Shown here piece after piece: positions 30,125 to 39,132 of a stretch of DNA of 64,000 nt; position 1 is the first letter of the stretch; each line of letters opens with the position of its first letter. The notes under the pieces are model-generated. The model made no database searches. It saw only the letters and a program-made list of their open reading frames with translations, and was not told the DNA's origin. A program made the translations under genes and the position numbers. Source of the DNA: Candidatus Hodarchaeota archaeon (GTDB lineage Archaea > Asgardarchaeota > Lokiarchaeia > Sigyniarchaeales > SOKP01); the NCBI GenBank assembly GCA_048887225.1, contig JBHLJY010000009.1, positions 1 through 64,000 of the forward strand, read 5' to 3'.

Positions 30125-30685
30125 TCATGGCACCCCCAAAATCAATAAAGTCATGTAAAAACAAACTATTGTAAAAAAGTCATCAATGGCAGTCATTATA
30201 GGATTGACCATATTATTTGGATCAAATCCATATCTAAAAGCAATATAGTTTAAGGTGGTTGAGCTTGGAATTGAAATAGAGATAGTAAATATGATAGAAA
30301 TGATAGGTATAAGAATAAATATCTCAATTGGAAAAATAAAAATCTTGATAATTAAAATATTTAATATTATACAAAACACACCTATTAAAAAACCTGTAAC
30401 TAAAGACAAGGCAAATGTGGCTAATGTATTTTCTAATAATGATTTTTTATTGAATTCTCCTATAATGAAATCTCTTGAAGTTCTTGCAATAAAAGGTCCA
30501 CTTAGATTTCCTCTAAGAGACAATAAGGCTGGAACGATTATTATTAAAAAAAGAAAACTTTTAAAGGGTAATATTAACATCAAAAGTATTATCCCAGCAA
30601 AGATATCTCCAATGATGGAGATAATCTCAGAGGTGAATGTTTCTTTGATGATCTTACTTTTCCCTTTAGATTCTTTTTGTTCCAT
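30125..30685 (-). CDS. MgtE/SLC41 integral membrane domain (half 1)
   Basis: PALLSLRGN and DPNNMVNPIMTAIDD motifs. Confidence 0.85.
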   Translation of the reverse strand: MEQKESKGKSKIIKETFTSEIISIIGDIFAGIILLMLILPFKSFLFLIIIVPALLSLRGNLSGPFIARTSRDFIIGEFNKKSLLENTLATFALSLVTGFLIGVFCIILNILIIKIFIFPIEIFILIPIISIIFTISISIPSSTTLNYIAFRYGFDPNNMVNPIMTAIDDFFTIVCFYMTLLILGVP

Positions 30686-30865
30686 TTTTTAACGCCATTT
30701 GAAAAAATAAAACGGTGTTCGGACATAATTTTATAATATTTCTAATAGTATAATTTATTAAAAATTTCCTAATGTTAAAATACATATAGTCTGTATTTTT
30801 TAATGAAACAGCTTTTATGACAAATATAATGTTAAAATTATCATTTATCCTTATTAATAATATAA

Positions 30866-31573
30866 ATGAAATTTGAAAGGTACGAATCTAGATTTAAAGC
30901 AGGAGAAATTTTAGCGAAGTTAATAAAAGAAAAAGATAAAGCGCTATTTAACTTATTGTTAGAATGCCCTAAAAAATTCTTTTGTTTCGCTATTCCTAAT
31001 GGAGGAATTCCAGTAACAGAAGGCTTTTGCTCTAAGTTTAATATAAAATATGATATGTTAATTGTCCGAAAAATTAAGATCCCTTGGAATACTGAAGCTG
31101 GATTTGGCTCAGTGACTACAGATGGATCCGTTTTAATTAATGAACCATTATTGAATCAATTATCTCTTTCTGAAATAGAAGTTAATGAGGCTATAAATCT
31201 AACTAAAACGGAAATCAAAGAACGCTTAAAATTTTATAATAAAGAAATAGATTTATCGAGAATATATGAAAAGAACATTCATGAGAAAAATATTTTCATG
31301 TTAGATGATGGATTAGCATCTGGATTTACAATGCTAGCAGCTATAAAAATGGTAAAGAAATACAATCCAAAAAAAATATTTATAGCCGTTCCAACAGCAC
31401 CATTACACACAGTTAAAAAAATAGAAAGCGAAGTTGAAATTGAAAATATTTTTTGTCCCAATATTAGAAATGTGTGGAGATTTGCCGTAGCCGATGCGTA
31501 TAAAAATTGGTATGACGTCCCCGAATCTGAAGTGCTGGAAATAATTAATAAATCGAATTTTTATATTAAATAA
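30866..31573 (+). CDS. Type I phosphoribosyltransferase-family protein
   Basis: AIPNGG, VRKI..P...EAGFG, MLDDGLASGFTM, IAVP. Confidence 0.88.
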   Translation: MKFERYESRFKAGEILAKLIKEKDKALFNLLLECPKKFFCFAIPNGGIPVTEGFCSKFNIKYDMLIVRKIKIPWNTEAGFGSVTTDGSVLINEPLLNQLSLSEIEVNEAINLTKTEIKERLKFYNKEIDLSRIYEKNIHEKNIFMLDDGLASGFTMLAAIKMVKKYNPKKIFIAVPTAPLHTVKKIESEVEIENIFCPNIRNVWRFAVADAYKNWYDVPESEVLEIINKSNFYIK

Positions 31574-31647
31574 GAAATTCATAGTATCAGTAAACTTATT
31601 TGATTTCCATTATTTTTAAGATATAAAATTATTATAGTTAAATTATT

Positions 31648-32112
31648 ATGGTTGAAGTTAAAAAAGAACTCCTATCCCCTTGTGGCTTGTATTGTGGCGT
31701 CTGTGCCATTTATATTGCTCACAGAGATAATAATTCAAAATTCAAACAAATACTATTGCCAGTTTATAAAGCCTTTGCAAAAACGGTTGATGATATAGCG
31801 TGTACTGGCTGTCTTTCAGATGGGATTGTATTTCCTGTATGTCGGGTATGTGCCATTAAAAAATGTACAAAACAAAAAGGAATTGATGGTTGTCATCAAT
31901 GTGATGAATGGCCATGTAAATTTATTAATAATTTTCCGATGGCGGTTGCTAAAAAAGTAATATTTAGAACGATTCCTACTTGGAGAGAAAAAGGCACTGA
32001 GAAGTTTGTAGAAGAAGAAGATAATAGATATCACTGTCCAGAGTGTGGCAATCCCTTATTTCGAGGAGCGAAAAGATGTAATAAATGTAAAATTACTGTT
32101 GATGTGGATTAA
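31648..32112 (+). CDS. DUF3795-type Cys-rich protein with zinc ribbon
   Basis: PCGLYCGVC, CTGC, C..C.IKKC, CHQCDEWPC, CPECG..CNKC. Confidence 0.8.
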   Translation: MVEVKKELLSPCGLYCGVCAIYIAHRDNNSKFKQILLPVYKAFAKTVDDIACTGCLSDGIVFPVCRVCAIKKCTKQKGIDGCHQCDEWPCKFINNFPMAVAKKVIFRTIPTWREKGTEKFVEEEDNRYHCPECGNPLFRGAKRCNKCKITVDVD

Positions 32113-33284
32113 TTGTTCAAATCTTCAGATATATCTTTTTTCTTTTTATTTTCCTCAATTTTTTTTCTAAAAATAAAGTATAAAATCAAACCTATAAGAA
32201 AACCTAATACTATATTTAGTACAAAACATATAATCGCTGAAATTAATATAATAGGAAAAGCTTTCAAATTAAAATCCTTAAAGGCTACTCTTCCTAATAA
32301 TAGTGAGACGTAAATTAACATTGCTCCCAAAATTGCCTTAGGAAATTGATTAAAAAGCAAAAAAAGCAACTCTGTAAAGAACAATCCTAGAATAATTTCT
32401 AGGATCCCTTCAAAAATCATTGATCCACCCGTTCGTGCTCCAAATGCATATTGTGCTGCTAATCCTCCAGATCCATGACATAAAGGCATTCCACCTATAA
32501 ATGGATTTATTAAATTCATAATACCCATATTTAACGCTAGAGAATTAGCATCAATTATCTTTTCTTTTTCAGGAAATAAATCTTTAACTAAAGCTAATGT
32601 AGCGATCATTACATTTGTTAACGTTAAAAATAATTGCGCAATTCCTGCAACAAGCATCCCTATTAATATATTATCTAATGTGGGAATTTGGAATTCAAAT
32701 TGGGGCAGTTTAACTGCAATATCAGATATATATACTATACCAGTATAAAATAAGATAAAAATTCCTATAAATGTAAGAATTATGGCAGAAGGAACTTTTC
32801 TTATTTTGATTGAAAGCAAAATAATTAAAATACAAATAAAGCCTAATATGAGATTGTCATTTATCATTATTATTGCTGCCCACCCTAATATTAATGCTAA
32901 TCCAAGTTGAATTCCTCGAACTGCAATGACTGGAATCCTTTTTACAATTTTATTTAGTTTCTTTGAAAATCCTAAAATTGCCCAAATTATCCCCGTACCA
33001 AATCCGGTTGATATAACTAAATTTGGTGACCATTTTTGAGAAATTGCAACTGTTCCAATTATTTTTTGCGGCTGAACAGGTAAAGGCAAATTATACTTTA
33101 TTCCTAGTATTATATTTGTAATTCCTAAGCAGATAAAAATTCCCGCAGGATTTAATCCTACAATCGCTATATAACCGATTACAAATGGAATTAGGACTCC
33201 CCAGTCCCCAAGAGATCCAGAGAATTCTCTTATAGAAAGCTTCTTATACTTTTCTATAGGTTGTTCTTTTTCATTCGGTTCCAA
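32109..33284 (-). CDS. Molybdate/sulfate transporter, MOT1-like
   Basis: GSLGDWG, PLPVQP.K, GGMPLCHGSGGLAAQYAFGARTG. Confidence 0.88.
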   Translation of the reverse strand: MEPNEKEQPIEKYKKLSIREFSGSLGDWGVLIPFVIGYIAIVGLNPAGIFICLGITNIILGIKYNLPLPVQPQKIIGTVAISQKWSPNLVISTGFGTGIIWAILGFSKKLNKIVKRIPVIAVRGIQLGLALILGWAAIIMINDNLILGFICILIILLSIKIRKVPSAIILTFIGIFILFYTGIVYISDIAVKLPQFEFQIPTLDNILIGMLVAGIAQLFLTLTNVMIATLALVKDLFPEKEKIIDANSLALNMGIMNLINPFIGGMPLCHGSGGLAAQYAFGARTGGSMIFEGILEIILGLFFTELLFLLFNQFPKAILGAMLIYVSLLLGRVAFKDFNLKAFPIILISAIICFVLNIVLGFLIGLILYFIFRKKIEENKKKKDISEDLNN

Positions 33285-33367
33285 AATAAATCATATAAAA
33301 AAATCTTGGACCTAAATTAAATTACTCTAAAATTTTAGAAAAAAAAGAAAAGTAAAAAAGTGTATAT

Positions 33368-33634
33368 TTATGTGCTCATCAATCTAAACAAAAGTGAACT
33401 ATGAGGAATAAAAAATTCATCTTTACGCTTGATAACGACTGTATGAAAATATTCAGCCAATCCAAGGAATCCACGGATTACGCTCTCATCCTCCTCAAAT
33501 TTGAAGATCACATTCGCAATCGATGAGCCTGCGTTAAAAGTAACCTTCTCATATACTCTCTCGTCAATTAATGGGATTTTCAATTCATTAACTATTTCAT
33601 ATACTCTTTTAATGAAAAGTTCTTTCTTTGCCAT
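33368..33634 (-). CDS. Small hypothetical protein, divergent from the actin locus
   Basis: 88-aa ORF with GGTG RBS upstream and globular composition. Confidence 0.7.
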   Translation of the reverse strand: MAKKELFIKRVYEIVNELKIPLIDERVYEKVTFNAGSSIANVIFKFEEDESVIRGFLGLAEYFHTVVIKRKDEFFIPHSSLLFRLMST

Positions 33635-33945
33635 AAGTTTTTAACACCATTTAAATACAAATATTAACGATTATCTAATTTTGATAAATTAATAAATAAC
33701 CGATTTTATAAGAATTATTATAAACTATTTATTTAATAATTTATAATATTATGTATTTTTAATCTTTTTCTTCAGATTTGAGAAACACTTGAAATAGAGA
33801 AATTTTGGTAAAAATATGAATATGAATAAAAATATATATACATGTTAATATAATAAAAATATAAGGAAAATATACTAGTATATGAATTAATCTATTCTTT
33901 GTAAAAAAATATATTTTATAAAACATTAGTCGATTTGATCGAACA

Positions 33946-34611
33946 GTGGTGTCAGAGAAGAAGAAAATAAATCGTGTCATTAGTTTCTTGAAAAAAGGTT
34001 TATCAGGATTAGCTGATGAATTAGAAGGAACTGTTGAAGGAATCAACGAATTTATAAAATCCTTATCAAAAGCTCAGAAAGATCTTAAAGAAATACCCGC
34101 AGAAGGCGAAGTTCAAACAGTGAGTACATCATCTAAGAAAGTTGCTGCTACTCCTGGCGCGGCAAAAACTGCAGCCGCTAGTACTTTATTTACTTTATTA
34201 AGTGGTCCTTCTGAAGGTGAACAAGTAAGTCCAACTCCCACAGCTGCAGTTGCAGCTCCTAGTGATATGGCTAAACCATCAGGTGGTGGACCTCCAAAAG
34301 CTCCTTCAATTGGTGGACCTCCAAAGGCTCCAGCGAAAGCTAGTCCTCCTTCTCGCGGGAGTGATCTACCTCCTGCTCCTAAACTTCCTCCAGGTGCAGG
34401 AGGAGGTACTGGTCCGCCTAAAGCCCCTGCTGCATTTGGTGCTTATGCAAAAAGAGCTCCAGCCCCTGCGGGTGGTGGACCTCCAAGTGCCACTGGGATG
34501 CCATCAGCTCCGACTGCAACAACAGCTCAAGTAGGTGGGGGATTAGGTTCACTAAGGGATGAGATGTTAGAGGAACTAACTCGTTTAAAAAAGATAATGA
34601 GAGGAGAATAA
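33946..34611 (+). CDS. Coiled-coil / Pro-Gly-rich / WH2-like protein (candidate actin regulator)
   Basis: N-terminal heptad helix, GPPKAP x3 plus GGGPPSA and LPPAPKLPPG, C-terminal LRDEMLEELTRLKKI. Confidence 0.75.
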   Translation: MVSEKKKINRVISFLKKGLSGLADELEGTVEGINEFIKSLSKAQKDLKEIPAEGEVQTVSTSSKKVAATPGAAKTAAASTLFTLLSGPSEGEQVSPTPTAAVAAPSDMAKPSGGGPPKAPSIGGPPKAPAKASPPSRGSDLPPAPKLPPGAGGGTGPPKAPAAFGAYAKRAPAPAGGGPPSATGMPSAPTATTAQVGGGLGSLRDEMLEELTRLKKIMRGE

Positions 34612-34801
34612 AAACCATAAGATTATTATGATTTCTTTTTCTATATATTACCTCTAAATCAATAGAGTTATCGGTTTTCTCTTTTGATTTTTTTAAGTTA
34701 TAAGCAAATATATTAGGATAAAAAATTGTTTGTATAACATTAAAAAATAAAATTTAAGATATTTATAGAATTAATCAAACTGAATCATTTGATCTGATCA
34801 T

Positions 34802-35917
34802 ATGGGTAATCCTACTATTGTTTTGGACATTGGTCAATTTTCCACGAAAGGTGGTTTTGCAGGGGAAGATTATCCAAGTCAAGTGTTTTTTACTATAGTT
34901 GGGAAACCAAAATATCACGATCTTGAAGGACAGTACGGTGATCGTGAGCAAGAATTGTACGTTGGTGACGAGATTCAGTCTCTTGGATTATATAAAATAC
35001 ATTCACCTATTCAAAATGGAGCTATTGTTGATTGGAACTATTTTTCTAAAATTTTAGATTATATATTTTATAGTTTAAGAGTCGATCCCACTCTTGTTAA
35101 TGTGCTATTTGCCGTCCATCCATTGTTCCCTAAAAAAGATTTAAATAGGATTTTTGAACTATTCTTGGAACATTATCAATGTATGGCTTTTTATCCTGTA
35201 ATGGATTGTATGTTAACGCTATATTCAGGTGGATTTCAAACTGGTTTAGTTGTTGAAATTGGAGATAGTAGTACTAGAATTGTTCCTATTTATGAAGGAT
35301 TCAAATTAGATCACCCAATTAAAATTTTAGATATTGGAGGTAATGTTTTAACTCGACATTTGGAAATGCTAGTCGCATCAATAGGTTTTCCAGTTGATAC
35401 GTCGATAAGAAAGGATTTGGTAAGAGTATTAAAAGAAAAGGCGTGTTTTGTATCTTTAGATTATAATGAAGATCTTAAGAGAGCTGAACACTATTCGAAG
35501 CAATATTCTTTACCAGATGGATCAACAATTTCTCTTTCTAAGGAAAGATTCATGATTCCGGAAGTTTTATTTAAACCATCCTTAATAAACTTAGAGTTTT
35601 CTTCGCTACCAAGGGCCATCATGGAAGTCATCGATTTATGTGATTTAGATATCCGTTCTGATTTATTAAATAACATTTTTTTAACAGGAGGTTCTTCAAT
35701 GTTTCCTAATCTCAAATCTCGGATTTATAGCGAGCTAGAATTAGAATTAGCAAGACAGAAGAAAAAAAGTCAAGGGATAAGAATCATCGCGCCGAGGGAA
35801 AGAACTTTTTCAGTTTGGGTAGGAGGTTCAATTTTAGCAATGATTCCAGAATTTACTAAAAATTGGATAACGCGTTCGAAATATTTTAAAGAAGGAATCC
35901 CTGATAATCTATTATAA
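34802..35917 (+). CDS. Divergent Asgard actin / actin-related protein
   Basis: LDIG..TKGGFAGEDYP, YVGDE, IVDW, TGLVVEIGD, VPIYEG, LDIGG..LT, LKEKACFVSLD, YSLPDG, ERF..PEVLFKP, LTGGSSMFP, IAPRERTFSVWVGGSILA. Confidence 0.95.
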   Translation: MGNPTIVLDIGQFSTKGGFAGEDYPSQVFFTIVGKPKYHDLEGQYGDREQELYVGDEIQSLGLYKIHSPIQNGAIVDWNYFSKILDYIFYSLRVDPTLVNVLFAVHPLFPKKDLNRIFELFLEHYQCMAFYPVMDCMLTLYSGGFQTGLVVEIGDSSTRIVPIYEGFKLDHPIKILDIGGNVLTRHLEMLVASIGFPVDTSIRKDLVRVLKEKACFVSLDYNEDLKRAEHYSKQYSLPDGSTISLSKERFMIPEVLFKPSLINLEFSSLPRAIMEVIDLCDLDIRSDLLNNIFLTGGSSMFPNLKSRIYSELELELARQKKKSQGIRIIAPRERTFSVWVGGSILAMIPEFTKNWITRSKYFKEGIPDNLL

Positions 35918-35936
35918 TATTTCTTGCATGTCATTT

Positions 35937-35955
35937 AGATATCATTGAGATATCA
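35937..35955. promoter_or_regulatory. AGATATCA direct repeat (11-bp period) upstream of the wHTH pair
   Basis: AGATATCA at 35937-44 and 35948-55, each containing the palindrome GATATC. Confidence 0.35.
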
Positions 35956-36030
35956 CATTGCATTAAATAATAGAATTTTATACATTTTCTTATCTATTAA
36001 ATAAAGCTTTAATTTTTTAGGTGTATAAAT

Positions 36031-36402
36031 TTGGAAAAACTTCCTGAAAATAATATTAATAAATCACCTCTCATGAAGAAATATTACAAGCCGAGTTATG
36101 CCTCAATGTTTAATAGAATCAAAAGTATAGACGCACCAGTAAAAAATGATTTAATTATTGCGTTATTGGATGGTAAATGGCATAGCGAAAAGGATTTAAT
36201 TAGATTAGCAAAAAAACAACAACATAATTATATAGGTCCTGTTTTACTCGGAACTATGATTAATTCATTAAATCATATGATTAAAAATAATTACGTCGAA
36301 AAACAGATTATAGATGGCGAAATGTATTATAAAATTTCTGATAATTACGTAGGTCTTACGAGAGCAGCTTATACTAAATACAACTTCAATGTAGAATTTT
36401 AA
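36031..36402 (+). CDS. Winged-helix-like protein, paralog A
   Basis: APVKNDLIIALLDGKWHSEKDL...YVEK..MYYKISDNYVGLTRAAYTK. Confidence 0.75.
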   Translation: MEKLPENNINKSPLMKKYYKPSYASMFNRIKSIDAPVKNDLIIALLDGKWHSEKDLIRLAKKQQHNYIGPVLLGTMINSLNHMIKNNYVEKQIIDGEMYYKISDNYVGLTRAAYTKYNFNVEF

Positions 36403-36438
36403 TCAATTTGTTGATTTTCCAATGTAAGGTGTGATAAT

Positions 36439-36804
36439 ATGGAACCCTTTGATGAAAAAAGATTTAATATGTCAACATTGATTAAAATTCAATTTAAACC
36501 TGAATATGCTAATATGTTTAAAAAAGTTAGGGATATAAGGGCTCCTATTAAAAATGAGATAGTTATGGCTCTCCTTGACGGTAAATGGCATTCTGAAAGA
36601 GAATTAATAACTTTCGCTAAAAAAAAATATAATTTTATTGGCCCTCTTACGTTGGATAGTATGGTTAATTCTTTAAATACAAACATAAATAATAATTTTT
36701 TAGAAAAGCGAATAGACAACGAAAGGACTTTTTATAAACTTTCTGATAATTATATCGGATTAACGAGGGCAGCATATACAAAATTTAGGTACATTATTAA
36801 GTAG
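36439..36804 (+). CDS. Winged-helix-like protein, paralog B
   Basis: APIKNEIVMALLDGKWHSEREL...FLEK..FYKLSDNYIGLTRAAYTK; AAGGTGTG RBS. Confidence 0.75.
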   Translation: MEPFDEKRFNMSTLIKIQFKPEYANMFKKVRDIRAPIKNEIVMALLDGKWHSERELITFAKKKYNFIGPLTLDSMVNSLNTNINNNFLEKRIDNERTFYKLSDNYIGLTRAAYTKFRYIIK

Positions 36805-36809
36805 TTATC

Positions 36810-38984
36810 TTATTTTTCAACGCATTCATCCTTCACTATTTTATAATCAACACAGTTAGAACAAAATCCTTTACCGTCAATTTTTTCTTTTAATCCATCA
36901 GTCCAGCATTTGGGACATAAATGATATATATATGTCTTATTAACTTTTCGTGTAATAATTTTGAATACATTAAATCCACAATTAGAACAAAAAGATGTTA
37001 ATATGTTTATTTTACCTGTTTTTGGAACTGAGAGATATGATTTATTATTTTTAATACAATCATCGTTCATACAAGCAAGAAATCTTTTTTTTTTATATGG
37101 AGCAACCAATTTCATTGGATGGGTTTTACAATAAGGACACATAGATGAGGTCTGAGGATAGGGTATCAAATCCTTGCGAGCCTCCTTTTCAAAATCAATT
37201 ACTTTTGAATTTAACTTTTCCTTATTTTCTAAAAGTTTATCAAATAAATCTAAAAATAAATTTTTGACTTCGTTGATTACCTCATCCATATTTTTCCTCT
37301 GTTCTTTTATATCTTCAAGTTTTTCTTCAATTAATCCTGTGAAATTTGGTTCTAAGAAGGGTAACCAAATGTCTTTCAAATTTCCAATTAAAAATTCTCC
37401 TAAATCACTGATAAAAAATTGACGATTACGGCGATAAAGTAATTTACGATCTTGCAAAATCTGAATAATGACAGGACGAGTTGCTTTTGTTCCTAAATTA
37501 TTTCTTTCCATTAATTTTAATAAGGCAGTATCTGTATATCTTGGTGGAGGTTTAGTCTTTTTGCTATTATACATAATTTTTTCAATGGGAAGGGAATTAC
37601 CTGTAATAATTATATCCGAATCATATTTAATTTTGAGAAATGGAGCAATTTTTAGAAAACCTTCAGAAAATAATGATACAAATTGTGCTGTAAATGGTTC
37701 CTCTTTTATTTCAATTTCTAATTTTGTATTTGATTCCGTTGCTTCTCTACCAAAAAGAGCGAGATAATGCCTTGCTAAAAGATCATACACTTTTCTTTGA
37801 TAATCATTTTCAAATCGAGAATTTTTAAGTTCTAAACTTTCTAATGGAGTTATAGGAGGATGATCTCCAGCATCTTTTTTTCCTTTTGTTGGTGTTATTC
37901 GATTTTCTTTCAATAAATTATTAACATACATTCCATAGAGAGAATGTGAGGGAAATTTTTTTAAATATTGAAGATGGTCAAAATCCGGTTTGTATGCGTC
38001 GCTATCCGTTCTCGGATATGATATTATTTTATTTAAATACAATTCATTCATAGTATTAAGCGCTTGATTGGCACTAATTCTAAGATTTTTAGTTAATAAT
38101 ATCAGCGCTTTAGATGTGTTTAGTGGAGTAGGCGGCTTTCTAGCTTTTTTCTTTTTTATATTATTAACAATTATCGCAATTTTTTCGTCTTTGATTTTTT
38201 GATAGATATTATTTGCTTTTCTCTCATCTTCTTTTTTAAAAGGATTCAAACGATGATTAGCCTTAATTGTAAGACTATCATTGATTAAAATTGCGTCAAT
38301 TGTAAAGAATGGTTCAGGAATAAAATCTTTAATACTCTGTTCGTTTAAATAGATTAAATATAATAAAGAAGTTTGAACTCGTCCAATTGAAGTAAATTGA
38401 ATATTAAATTTTTTTAAAAGTGGTCTTAGAGCGTTAGTGATTTCTCTTGTTGCGGAAAATCCAATAATCGCATCGATTATCGCCCTTGCTTCACCTGATT
38501 CACCCCAACTAAATTTTGGAGCTATTAGATCATTCATTTTGTGTAAAATTTCTTTTTTTTGGAGTGAACTAAGCCATAACTGTGATAATTTAATATTGGG
38601 TTTTACTTTCTTAACAAATGGAAGCGCATCAAATAAGCCGATATTACATCCCTCTATATCTGCATCTGTTCCGATTATACAGTTATCACACATATTAGAG
38701 ACCTCTTTTAGCACATTAATATAAGGCCCTGCGTAATCTATCGGAACCTTCCCTATAGCACGAGGATTCGTTATAATCTCACGAGGGATTGATTTAGTCC
38801 AGCTCTTAAATTCATCGGTATTTTTATATCCAAGTATATGACCTCTCAATGGAATAACATAAATATCTTTAGAAGGAACATGATATATATTTACTTTTGA
38901 TTTTTTTATAGTTTGAACTGTTCCAAGTGCCTCTGCGATTGCGGAAGCTGCTTTATTCTTTTCAGCTATTATTAATGTTGACAT
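36810..38984 (-). CDS. topA: Type IA DNA topoisomerase (TopoIII-like) with C-terminal Zn ribbons
   Basis: IIAEK, GHI, TDADIEG (TOPRIM), SIGRVQT, ISYPRTDS, HPPITP, GTKATR; CxxC clusters. Confidence 0.93.
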   Translation of the reverse strand: MSTLIIAEKNKAASAIAEALGTVQTIKKSKVNIYHVPSKDIYVIPLRGHILGYKNTDEFKSWTKSIPREIITNPRAIGKVPIDYAGPYINVLKEVSNMCDNCIIGTDADIEGCNIGLFDALPFVKKVKPNIKLSQLWLSSLQKKEILHKMNDLIAPKFSWGESGEARAIIDAIIGFSATREITNALRPLLKKFNIQFTSIGRVQTSLLYLIYLNEQSIKDFIPEPFFTIDAILINDSLTIKANHRLNPFKKEDERKANNIYQKIKDEKIAIIVNNIKKKKARKPPTPLNTSKALILLTKNLRISANQALNTMNELYLNKIISYPRTDSDAYKPDFDHLQYLKKFPSHSLYGMYVNNLLKENRITPTKGKKDAGDHPPITPLESLELKNSRFENDYQRKVYDLLARHYLALFGREATESNTKLEIEIKEEPFTAQFVSLFSEGFLKIAPFLKIKYDSDIIITGNSLPIEKIMYNSKKTKPPPRYTDTALLKLMERNNLGTKATRPVIIQILQDRKLLYRRNRQFFISDLGEFLIGNLKDIWLPFLEPNFTGLIEEKLEDIKEQRKNMDEVINEVKNLFLDLFDKLLENKEKLNSKVIDFEKEARKDLIPYPQTSSMCPYCKTHPMKLVAPYKKKRFLACMNDDCIKNNKSYLSVPKTGKINILTSFCSNCGFNVFKIITRKVNKTYIYHLCPKCWTDGLKEKIDGKGFCSNCVDYKIVKDECVEK

Positions 38985-39132
38985 TTATTAATTTTTAATT
39001 AAGGGATTTTTACTTTTTATTTTAATAATCAATCATTTAATATATAAATTAAGAACTAAGAGATGGCTAATTTATAATTAAATTATAATAAGCTAAATTT
39101 TAATGTTTTTAAAAAGTTTTAAAAAATATAAT

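Noticed and set aside
34140-34545. Local GC-rich patch suggesting a structural RNA or foreign DNA
   Set aside because: Explained by Pro/Ala/Gly codons of the 221-aa CDS; the repeats (ggtggacctccaa) are in-frame coding repeats
33759-34618. Alternative ORFs 33759-34046, 34250-34534 and 34418-34618
   Set aside because: By-products of AT-rich intergenic DNA or of the GC-richer Pro/Gly codons; no recognisable motifs
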